The notes under the pieces were generated by a model. It was not told the DNA's origin, searched no databases, and worked only from the letters and a program-made list of their open reading frames with translations. From Enoplolaimus lenunculus (taxonomy: Eukaryota), in contig JASANG010002537.1 in the NCBI GenBank assembly GCA_030248215.1, positions 124,001 to 188,000 on the forward strand: a stretch of 64,000 nucleotides of DNA, given 5' to 3'. The translations under genes and the position numbers were made by a program. Positions 23,001-35,300 of this stretch are shown here, piece by piece (positions within the stretch are counted from its first letter, which is position 1; each line of letters starts with the position of its first letter).

Positions 23001-26000
23001 AAGCGAGAACGAGACCAAGACCAGCCATATTTCGAGACCGAGACCGCCCATCCGTGTTCAACATCGGTCTGAAAATTATGTATCCGCCCTATTAATATGC
23101 AAGTTTGAAGCTTGCTCAACAAATTAAAAGTTTAAAATTGTAACAAAAATCCATAAACCAACATTAAAAATGTAATCCTTTCAACTTCTCATGCACAATA
23201 CTTACCATCCAATCTACAGAGGGTTCCTTCACAAAAACTTGCATCGTATTGAGGAGTAAATGCTTTTGTGACCGAAATACGCGCATGGTGTGATGCATAA
23301 CGCTACGAAGCATGCCTTCAACTCCCAATGGCTGTAGCACGTTAATCATTTGGCGAGTCATACGAAATGGAACGAGTTCATTGACGGGTAGGAACTAGAA
23401 AAATATTTTTCTAACTTTTAAAATAAGCAAAAGTATTTATGCAACAGCGTGCGACCGGCCGTTAAAGTATGATTTGGTAAAAGGAACTGGATATTGTCAG
23501 ATAATACCCCGGAAACACTTTCCTGTTTTGACTTTCACGTTTAGAACAACATGCCAACAGAAAACTGGGGCAACATATCAAATCGATTCAATTTCTGAGC
23601 ACAACTTACTACTTATATATCAAATATTGTTTAAGGTGGCGCCATACTTTTCAATAATTTTAATGTCATAGAAGATGCCACTTTTTAATAGGTAAAAGTG
23701 CCCCTAGAAGGGACAGATTGTAATATGTTTCGCTTGAAGCATGTAAAAGAGTTTAAACAAGGGTTAGTTAGACCATAGATCAGTAGGTAATGCTTATAAT
23801 ATTAGCTCCATAACTTCTATGAAAATAGTTGTCATCTATATCTTTGACCGCTGTCTTTCAGTGTTAACACGCTTACGGTCAGCGAAAAAAGAAACATATG
23901 GGCCCAAGGGACATCACCTATCAGCTAAATTTTAGCCTTTGTTGGGTTTTACAATGTTCAGAGTTTATAAGTGATCTAATCCAGAATTCTTCGTTGGAAG
24001 AGGAAAATTTTTGAGTTTTATAATATTATGTTTCTAAAACTTGATTAGTAAATATTTCAATATTGCAAGATTACAAATTGCGTCTATCGATAATCGAATA
24101 AAAAAATGTGCCACCTAACGTGCTCGAATATTTTCGCTATCTTTACTACGACAATTTGATGATGTAAAGTCGAGAAAGTTTTCCAAATTGTGTTCTGTGC
24201 CGTGACATATTTAAGCTATTCATCTAGAAAATATAATTCTAACGTTGCTAAATATTTCAAAGAACATGTTCTGCTAGCACTCAATTGGGATAACTTTTAA
24301 AAAGCAACTGACTGATATACGAAAGGCATGTTGAGCGTTGTACATTAGAACGCCTTGAAAACCAATAGTGTCAATTTATAGCTCAACACTTTTAAGTTCC
24401 TTGGGCCCATATGTTTCTTGTTTCACTGACCGCAAGCGTGTTAACACTGAAAGACAGCCGTCAAAGATATAGATGACAACTATTTTCATAGAAGTTATGG
24501 AGCTATTATAAGCATTACCTACTGATCTATGGTCTAACTAACCCTTGTTTAAACTCTTTTACATGCTTCAAGCGAGACATATTACAATCTGTCCCTCCTA
24601 GGGGCACTTTTACCTAGTTTCTTTCTTTTACATGGGATACGGTGAGGTTTAATGCTAAGTCTACTCCTAAGCGTGCGCCTAAGCCTAAACAAAATATAAG
24701 TCTAAAGCGTACACTTGCTCCATCGCAATCCACCAAAAAGCAGCCTGTTCTAAGCTATAATGCATGAGAGGTTATTACAAAATATTACTGTCTTAGTAAG
24801 CAATTTCAGTAGAACAAACATCGCAGTGACACGTAATCTATTGCACGTTGTCAATAGCATCACACAATAATATCGACTAGCTATGGTAATTACATATTTG
24901 TAATACAATTTTTTCAAAAAATTACAAAAATCAAACTTTTAATAACAACTTAAATGAGACGTTTAGCTGTCCAATTTGTGTATGGTGTCGAAGCGGCTAA
25001 TTAGGATATTAGGCACGTAAGTTACCTCATTCCAGCTCTTCTTTCCTGCAGAGAACATTCTGCAAACTTTCAAAAAGCGTGCATTCTCGAGGCTTGAAAC
25101 ATATATTGAAAACACTACCGTGTTTCAATGATACAGGAATTGATACATGTTAGTTTACAAAAATACAGTCAAATCATCAGCAAAATATCACTTAACGATG
25201 TGTATTAATTCAGCCTTCAATAAACGAGCTACATACGTAACAGGTTAATCATAATAATGAATTGTACTGACTTGCATACTTGCTCCAAACGCATAACCAA
25301 AGTCAATTCCAACCACAGCACCATCGGTTTCTGATATCATTAAATTGCTCAAATGTCGATCACCGATTCCAAGCAAGTAATGAGCAACGGACATTACAGC
25401 GAGCGAAGTACAGTAATTGTTCCGAATTACAAGAAACGCTTCAGGAGTTGCACACATATTAACAAAATGTCGTCTGAATTACATTTACAAACTAAATTAG
25501 AGTCTGACTTTTGTACGCAGCAAAACAATACAATACAAATTTTCCATGAAAATATGAAAGGAAATCATTTGACGTCGCATAGCTAGAGTTTCAAAGTAAA
25601 TACATGACAAATACCTGCAAAAAGGTGTTGTAGCTTGCTACTAAAACAATGTATGCACGTGATGCAAGTTGACACTGAAAATCTAAAATAGTGCTTCTGA
25701 AGTTACATAATTTACCGAAATAGATCCCATGGGATCGCTTCCTGGGCCGCAATCATGCGATCAGTGACCACTTTATTCGATTCGCCGACAAATGATCGAA
25801 GATACGGGGTTGCTGGCGCTTCTGACTTGGTACGTCGTGCAAATGCTTTACGAACAAGTGTCCTGAAAAAGAACAACCAAAGCTCAAATTCGGCTTAAAA
25901 ATCGGTGACATTATATCAAAATAACCTCCGAAAATACACAACGTTCTCTAATAAGTCAGCTTAATTCTCTGCTTACCAGTTCCAGCCTTGTTCTCAACAA

Positions 26001-29000
26001 GTTCGACGTATCCCCACAAAAAGAAGCGCGTATATAATAGGTGTGTATGTAGTTCAACCAGAATTATTAACTTCGCTCGATATGACTAAGGATTTATATT
26101 ATATTCCACTCCAAACCAGTGGCAACCTTCATTCTAAACTAACGTGACGTTGTTCAGCTGATCTTGCTTCAAGTCCATGAGCTTTTTGAAGTCACAAACA
26201 TTTGGTACGAATTCAATCAGTCCCAACCTAAAACATTATGATCATTTTAGTGTATATAGCTCGTCAGTACACATACTCGTTAATTTGCAAAAACGTAACT
26301 GTGGTCATTCTTTCGCATACTTAACTTCCATGAATTGAAACATTCGTTTCTGCTGCACTGCGCTCAAGTATACTCTGAACATTTCGTAAGTAAGTAAACA
26401 TACGTAAATACAGTCACGGACAGAATTAACTGCAACCGCGATCGCGACCCAAACGCGGTTCGAATCGCGATCGCTCGCAACCGCAATTTACGTGGACGCA
26501 AAAACCGCGACTGCGACCGCGCTTCGAACCGCGACTGCGACCGCGGTTCAAACTGCGACTGCGACCGCGGTTCAAACCGCGACTGCGACCGCAGTTCGAA
26601 CCTCGACTGCGAACGCAATTAAAATCGCGTCTATGATCGCGTCTCAAACCGCGACTGCGACCGCGGTTCAAACCGCGACTGCGGACGCAATTAAAATAGC
26701 GTCTATAATCGCCTCAGAAAACCGCGTTGGAGACGCGATCGCTGAAACACTCAGACGTGGCTACAAAACCGCAACCGCAACCGCAGTGGACGCAATCGCG
26801 GTTTCTGCGCGCGTAATTCTGTCCGTGACTGTATATAAGTACAACCCAATAGACAAAAAAATTAAATGAAAATGTTTGCGTACAAAAATCAATTAAAATA
26901 TGTTTTTACATGGCTCATAATTAAATCTTGCTAATTCTGTAGCACAGCTATTTACAAGCTTTAAATTTAAATCCATCAAGTAAATTCTTTTTATGAGCCA
27001 TTCACAACAATTTTGTCCATAGTTCCCCAAAGCATGCAATATTAAAGGGCTATCACGAGGTCGCATTCAAAATGACAACGTGATAGCCCTGGTCTAGAAA
27101 AAATTATTACTCTTACTGCTCATGGGTGTCAAGTTTCAGTCAGTGTCTGAAACCCGGGATAGGTCTGGGCACTGGGTAGTTATATTTATTCCTTCTCTGA
27201 TTTTCAAACTTTGTTTGTTAGCCCAAAGCTAAGAGGAATTTTGCGGCACTCGAAACTTTTCCGAATTTTAAGGAACATAGAAATTTTTCAAAAATTTTGA
27301 TGATGGAAAAATTTCCCTTGTTGGGGTTTGAGGCACTTATTTAAGGAGTAGAAGCGTTTAGCAAACAAAATATCACATCGCTACTATACAGGATATGTTC
27401 GTTGCCATACAGCGCTAAAATTTGTACAGCAATTATTGTTGGTATGTCCAGGCAGATTGTGCAGCATATGTCCAGGCAGATTGTGCAGCAAAAACAGACT
27501 TCTGTTTGTTGCATTGATTACAGAAATTAATTACACAAGTTCACATTAAAAATATCTTTCCAGGTCTCAAAAACTAACCTTTGGTGCAGCCTATAGTTAG
27601 CGTAGCTGCATTTAATGCTTCAACGGACAGCCGAAACTGCAGTCGTACTCTCGGCGCAGTGGGTGGCAAGGTGTCGTTGGGCTTAGTTGCTAGAGCAGAG
27701 CTACTAACTGGCTGCACAATGTCCGATACGAGGACAGCACCACTTTTTTACTTTGTTCAGCTTAGCGTGCAACGCCAAACAAATTAAGAATAATTAGTAA
27801 TTTGTACAGCAATGCAGAAACTTGTCATTTTAAAAATTTTGCGCTACTGAGTTTGAACAATCTTAAACTATGAAAAAGTCACTGAGTCGTCGTATCATAC
27901 TATCATAAAAGCGGTTTTAAAATAGTACTTAAACACAAAACGCTATGATTTTATTGTGACAAAGCACAAATAGTTACATTTTCGCGTTTAAAACATTTAT
28001 GGCATCGTGTAAAAAATGGGTCATACGCATTTACAACGTCTACACTATGTTAAAAAATTCTCCAGTCTATTCGGCTTGCCCGGGATAAAAAACAACACTA
28101 TAGCTTTGAGTTAGGGTTGCACTGAGATTGTTTTGAGACAGTGGGATTTGACCAGGGCTTTTTTGAAGGATATGGTGACGGTCTCGCTCTCAGTTTCGCT
28201 TTTTTTACTGAAACCGCCCATCCCTGGTGCTGTGGATATTATGTAGAACTCGGTGATAACCCAGGGCTATCGCGGCTTTAGAAAAAGACGCTGACACCTG
28301 ATAGTTCTAAGATATAAAGAAATTTCTTTATACATCAAAGGTAACACGATGTCATTTTCAAAACGACATCGTGATCGTCGAAGTTCATCGCATACTTTGT
28401 AGCACTGCTGACAAAGTTATTATGAACAGCGAATTACTTTGTTGTCATTGGAATGACTTGATATGTTTGAATTTTTAAGGACGCCATGCGGCTAGTTGAA
28501 TTCGCTTGAAGAATATGATTCATTTGATAAAATATTTCCATTATCCGCGCATCTTGTCGCAAATCTTCGCCACCTTTAACCAAATAGTCGTAACTTTTTG
28601 CATCGCTGCCAAAAATTGTCACTTTGCGTGGCATTCGAAGTGAAGCCATGTTTGTAATCTTAAAGACAACGCTGTTACATTAATCTGAGAATCAGATTAA
28701 CACCGATAGGTTGGATAGATAAGTAATTAATGTATCTCAAGGTTGCAGTGCTTGCTAAATTTCAACACCCCGAGATGAACGAACACCTTCTACACACGCG
28801 CCAAACTATGCTTGTGTTTGCCTCTGTATACTATGGTTTCATGGGAAATCGCTTAAATATAAAGGACCCAGCGTCACAATTTCCTTCAAAGCTAAGTGTA
28901 TAACTTGTCATGAGAAAATAGAAGTTGTGTCTTGAAACGCTTAAATATTCAGCTGTGTAGCTGCTTGTGTTGTTTAAAACTTTGGGCTAATGTTTAGCAC

Positions 29001-32000
29001 AGGGATACCCATTTTCGAAAGGTGGAAAACTTATAACCGGGAGTGCAACGCAGTCACTCCTGTATGACAGCTAGCAATTCCGCTGGTTTGGTAAGAAAAA
29101 TCACAAGAACGAGTTTGGCAGGAAATCGGGCACGCTTGGTTTGGTAGGAAAATCTGAAGCGTAGGTTTGGTTTAGAAAACGAGCAAAGTGGAAAAGAACG
29201 ACTAGATTTTCCTGGGTTGGTAGAGAAAATCTGAAGCGTAGGTTTTGTTTGGAAAAAGGGTAATAGTAGAAAAGGTTAACGTAAAGTTTTCCTGGTTAGG
29301 TAGGGAATAATGAAGCACAGGTTTTGTTTTGAAAACGGGAAAAGTGGAAAATCGAAACGCCTACATTTGCACTTGGTTGGTAAGAAAATTTAAACATAGG
29401 CTTTGTTTGGCAAATGGCAAAAGCGATAAATTTCAACGCCCGGATTTTTCATGGTTTAGTATATTGTTGGACCGGGATGTTTTGACTGAGTCGTTTTGAA
29501 CTTTGTGTTTCGCGATACTGTAATCTATACATTTTTGCAAGCAGGAGAGGGGAATAAAAATGTGAAGTTGAGCTGGTGGGTGTTGAGTCTAGAATGTAAT
29601 GGTACGGAGTACAAAAAGTTGCTCTGATGAATTTTGAAGGAATTTTTTGAATGTCGGTGTTGGTTAAAACACAAGGACATGTGTCGTAATTCCAGAGAAT
29701 AATTGGTGTTACATTTTGGCGTCTTCAGTGGTTGCCATTGTCTGTATTACTTCGGTGGCGGGTTTGCTGGTTGGCATTATCTGTAATATTTTGACGGAGA
29801 GTTGTTGTATTTCCATATCAGACTATTCGAATAAGTTTGTCAAATGGTCCTTTATCCTATTACAGTGTTTAATAGTATTAACCACTTAGCACATGAATAT
29901 TTTCTAATAGCGAATAAGATAGGGTAATGCAAGTGCCAAAGAAAAACTAACGCAGAAAAATTTTCTTTCACTTGGTTCACAGCAAACTACAGCACCCTTG
30001 ATCCTCTCCCGGTTTGGAGGCACCATAGCAGGACATTAAACAATTCTTTAAAACTAGAAGACCGAAAATTTGTAATGTGTTTTGGCGTTTTTAGTTTGAC
30101 AATTGTTTACTGGTGGGCTTATGCAAGTCAGTCCCCCATCCTGTTTAGGGTATCTTGAAATAACAAGGATTCAGTATAGGGGTAGCCTGCTTACGTATAA
30201 ATTAATTTACATATAATAACAGGAGCGTAGCCAGGGCTGTTTCAGGTGTCAAATTTCCCAAATTGGCATTTTTGTAACTGTGATTTTCAAACACGGTTAC
30301 AAATCTCCCCACAAGAAACCTCTTCGAAATTTTTATGAAACGTAACCCTCCCCCTTTCTGAAATCCTGAATAGGCCAATGTTAATAGAAAACATTTTATA
30401 CAATATAATGAATAGGTCAAAGCTAGAGTTTAGTAGGCTTTTCTGCGTTCCCCTACAGTGAGCTACCGCGCCCCTCAACCCCTCTCGGTTCCAGAGGCTC
30501 TAAGCGGCACACCTACCAAAACTGGGAACGTCTAGACGCTTGAATTCCCTACCAAACTAGGAAACGTCCAGGCGTACTAATTTAACATTTTTCACAATTT
30601 CCAAACAAAACCTATGATTCACATATTCTCTACCAACCCAGGGATAATCTATGCGTTTAAATTTTACCCTTTTATGTTTTTAAAACAAAACCAATGCTTC
30701 AGATGTTCCCTAACTAACTAGGGAAAACAAATACCTTTCAAATTTTTCACTTTTGCCGGTTTCCAAACAAAACCTATGCTTCAGATTTTGCCTACCAAGC
30801 CAGGGAGGGAAAACTCATAATACGTGTTCAGTTTTCCACTTTACCGTGCTCCAAACAAAATCTATACTTCAGATTTTTCCCTACCAACCCAGGGAAAACT
30901 TAGGCGTTTAAAATTTTCAGTTTTCCAGTTTTCCACACAAACTTTACGGTTCAGATTTTGAAGTTTCTGAAGTTACGTAAAATTAAGTATTTCTGAGCTA
31001 GTTATGCATAAAACGCTAACTATGCTGAAAGATTTCTACGTTAAAGAACAATTCCACTTACTCGCCCATCGAACCCACGTATTTTGACATGGTATTCTGG
31101 CATTGGCTTACGTTTGCCACAATACTGGCCTGGTACTTCAGGTAGCTCAGACATAGAATACTGATTTGTGCCGAATTCAGCTAACCACGGTGAGTACTGT
31201 CGCAATTCTGAAGGTGCTTTAAGATCACTGTTCAGAGCGTTAGACATTGTCCCAATAAGATCGCGTACGTTGTCAAAAAATGACTAGAATAATAACATTA
31301 GTCTTTTATTAAATCGAATTATTTGAAACGTTATGAAAACAAAAATATTTAGAAACAAACGTATTTTTCTATTTCATTAGAACAGCAAGTTTATCCAAAA
31401 AGACAGCTACTTAATACAACAACATAAAAATCTCTTTGACAAACCAAATGTTAAATTTATCAACGATACAATATTGATCATTGTTCCATTAAGATCGCGT
31501 ACGTTGTTAAAATCGACTAAGATAACAACATTAAGTCCTTTGCTCAAACCGAATTATTTGAAATGTCGTGAAAATAAAAATGTTTAGAAACAAACTTATT
31601 TTTCATTAGAATAGTACACTTTTCTGAGAAACAACTACACAACAACACCTCTTCAGCAAGCCAATATAATACATTTATCAGTGATAAATTTTCAAAATTA
31701 TACACAGCGTCAGATATCACAATGCCAAAATTTACTGACCATTCGGCAAGAAATCAATCCAAATCATATGAATTTCTCAAGAATTTGTAATAATGTAAGT
31801 TTAGTAATCTCATTTACTTTCGATAAAACCAGCGAGCCATTTTTGCCAAAATTCTGTTCCACTATTCCACGGAATTTCTAAAGAATGATTAAAGTTAAAA
31901 TAAACAGGAGTGCAACAAAAAATTTAATTAACACTCATCGTATGTCCGTATGCCATGTAACCTAAATATTTCATTTTTCGCAAACAGAAAATTTTTATGT

Positions 32001-32246
32001 ATTTCAAAATTTAAAAATCCAATGTAGGTTTCTTGTTAAATATCTTTAGCGAGCAGGCAATTCATTTCAAGGCAAAAGTGGTAACAAAATCATTAAGCTA
32101 CAGAATAACAAAATTCACACGATACCTTGGAGAATTTTAAGCGATATTCACCAGGTCTAAGAGAATTTTTCTCGTAATGAACACCGTCTAAAACACGTTT
32201 ATTTAGTAAATAATAATAATAATAATAATAATAGTAATAATAATAA

Positions 32247-32300
<54 letters not shown>

Positions 32301-35300
32301 CAAAATAATGACAATACTGAAATCAGGTCCGGAAAGCTAAAATTTGACGCGCAGGTCACATGAACATTAATAGAAACGATCGAAAATTAACAACCTAATA
32401 AATTGCTATTCAATCTCCGGATTCAAATATATCAACAGAACTACAATAACAAAGCCATCAAACAGGAAAGATGCGCAGACAAACACATATTACAAGAAAA
32501 GATTAAAAAAATTTACTTTTTGGAAACAATTCCACGATCATTTTGTCATAGAGCTGTGATATTAACTGTTTTGATGCCTTTATCTCAATCAAATTACGGA
32601 ATTCTTCACAGTAGTCCTGAAATATATAAAATCCTATGGATAGGATACTAAATTACACAATATTCGTTTTGGTTGTTATGTTTAGTCTTTGTTTTCCTGA
32701 GAAAATTTGAAGCAATGGACATTAAACAAAAACAGTACAAAAACTTAGAAATTAAAACAAATTAAACTCAAATGCCTATGTACTTAATTCACATCATCAC
32801 AAATACCTTAAAACGAGCATTTGGTTGACTCAAATAATCCAAAGCCTGCAGCAAGTCTGCCACCAAAGGCAACTGTTCCATTTGGCCTTCGAGCCTAAAA
32901 TTTAAAGCCATTGTAAAATAAAACTCAATAATAAGTGAAAGTTGAAAAACCGCAACTTTTTGTACTTTTTGTTCGGTTTTGCGCAACGGGCGTTTACAAC
33001 GTAAAAGACATTAAACCCTACTGATCAGCGCATGCAATCCTTCGACAATACCCAAGGTTAATAAACGAATTTTTGCGGAAAATTTGACATACATTTTTGC
33101 TCAAGCGCTATCAATATACTAGCGTTTAATCCTACGGGCCACCATGAAAATGCATTTAATTAATAAATATTACACTAGAAATATGACACTTTCCCAAGTT
33201 TCACCTCTAACAACAAAATAAACTAACCAATGAATAAATTCGGATGCTTCGGCCATTAACTTCTCAGAGTACCCAGTGCGACTTAACTTGAACGCATAAA
33301 CAACTGCCTATATATAAGAAAGCATTGTTGCAAAATAAACATTGATGCCGAACAGCAGAATGGTATAAATTATCAAATATTGATTTTGATTTTACCTGAA
33401 CCTGAAACAACAACTGGTTGAAACAGACAACTAAGACAATACACACGACAGCGTATTCAGGTATAAAGTATTGCTAGCACCATCAATTCAGACTCACTTC
33501 GGGATATTTTTCAGTGATGCGACGCAGAATACCGAACAATGCACGCCCCTCTGGCTTGTCTACAAGCGCAACCATTTGACTAATCCAGTCTAAAAACATC
33601 CATTCAGGCACGCTTTTTGCCTGAAAAATAGCACGATAAATCGATTAACTTGTTGCATATAATAATATGTACTTACTGTGTACCTTAAGCTGGAGCGTGG
33701 ACAATCATTTAACAAAGCATGTCGTGCAACAGATCGCATTTTAAAATTAATTCTGAAACGAATATGTATTTAGTTGAACTTTGACTGTTCGAACTTCGGA
33801 TATTCAATAACCTGTTTTCTAAACTACATGTTGACTCCTGAAGCAAACAAACTACATGATCTAAAAGTTGGCACAGTACCCGGTAGTATTGAACACAAAA
33901 ATGTGCTAAATTTCGAACTCTCCATTGACTAGTTGTAATGTTGTATGACCTATCAGTAACTGATCGTAGGTGGTACTGTCACTTCGTTAATCCAATCTCG
34001 AGTGAACGGATCGGCAGGCCTAATGGGTTCAACCATGGGTGATTTTGAGTGGGAGCGGGTTTTTAGGCTTACGAATTAAAAATCAGGTTCTAAGAATTTG
34101 AAACTTTACCCATTTTTTGTATTTTTTGCAGTTTTTGTATTTTTTAGCAAATGTTTACTTAAATTTAATATTTTGAATCTTAGAGATGGCGTTAGCGGAA
34201 TGCCACTGTGTTCGCGGTTTTATAAGACAGTATAATTTCAAACCAGGGGCTTTCGAGCGGCGCAGGGCTGAACATGGCGGGATTTTTCGATTGGGATGGA
34301 TTTTTCGAGTGGGGGTATTTTTTGAGTGGGCGATTTTTTGAGTGGGGGATTTGGTCGAGCAAAGGAACGTCCCCACTTGCGAAATAAAAGCTGTATAGAC
34401 CTTTAAGAATACGGGGTCAGTAATGCAGAATATGTAAATTCAGCAGTAAACATAAGTAGTAATAACCCTGCAGTGGGACCCGCCGCGTTCGCTGTCCGAA
34501 CCCACGTGTTTTGACATCACTAAAAATTTGGTACGAGAATTTTGATTAACGACTTTTATCAGAAATCTAAAAGTGTTGACTCTAACTTTATCTGCTACTG
34601 CTACATATAATCAAAGGACGGGTTCCACTAATTTCTTTGAACCATCAAAGTCATGATTTGTGCTCAAATTTCACTTTGATTTTTCAGGTTTTCTTATGAA
34701 AACATTATAACAAAGGCTCAATCGTATAAATGTACCAAATAAAAACTGAATCGTGTATGTGTCGAATAAACAATGAGTTTATTGCATTGTGATTGCTTTT
34801 AGAAACCTATGTGTAATGGTATTTTTATGAAAGAAATGTTTAGTAAATTTTCATTCGAATGTCTTTCATGTCTAATTATTTTGATTGAATTAAACCCCCG
34901 TTCCTTGGTTGTTATCTCCAAGAAACAATTTAGATTTATATTTGGTGTAATTCTGTGAAACTAACGCAACCATCAGATACTTTCAAAGAGTTTGGGGGGA
35001 AGTTAACTGTTTGCATTATATAAAGGTTTTGGTCTATGTATAGAACAGGGCCGGAATGTTTTCTGGTAGGACTGTAATAGAGTAAGCTTAAGCTTTAGTT
35101 TTCTTTTCTTGGGAGGAACTAATAGAATAAGCGTAAGTTTTCGACTAACTTTTTTGCTTAGGATTAGGCTTGGGTAAAGGCTCATCATTACACTTAGGAA
35201 TACACTTATACTCCTGCGTTCCGTTCCTGTTCTATACAAGGGCAGCTTTACTGATGTGAACATTGAGGTGTTTGAACATTGAGAGATAACTGTCTGAGCG

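Noticed and set aside
25975..26035. Minus-strand FFLWGYVELVENKAGT followed by GTAAGC, a possible PRKDC exon or non-canonical intron
   Set aside because: It has no AG acceptor, and the flanking exons (ending ~26144, starting ~25862) already join in phase. FFLWGY may be a tiny Tc1/mariner scrap but is too short to call.
26492..26680. CRISPR-like regular repeats
   Set aside because: The units are head-to-tail with no unique spacers, there are no cas genes, and the context is eukaryotic.
26364..26869. Repetitive ORFs (TATATAV / RSQSRF)
   Set aside because: They are translations of the 24-bp minisatellite inside a MITE.
27043..28308. Possible Kolobok-like element bounded by GATAGCCCTGG / CCAGGGCTATC
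   Set aside because: The inverted match is short and diverged, and the right-hand TTAA target is not intact.
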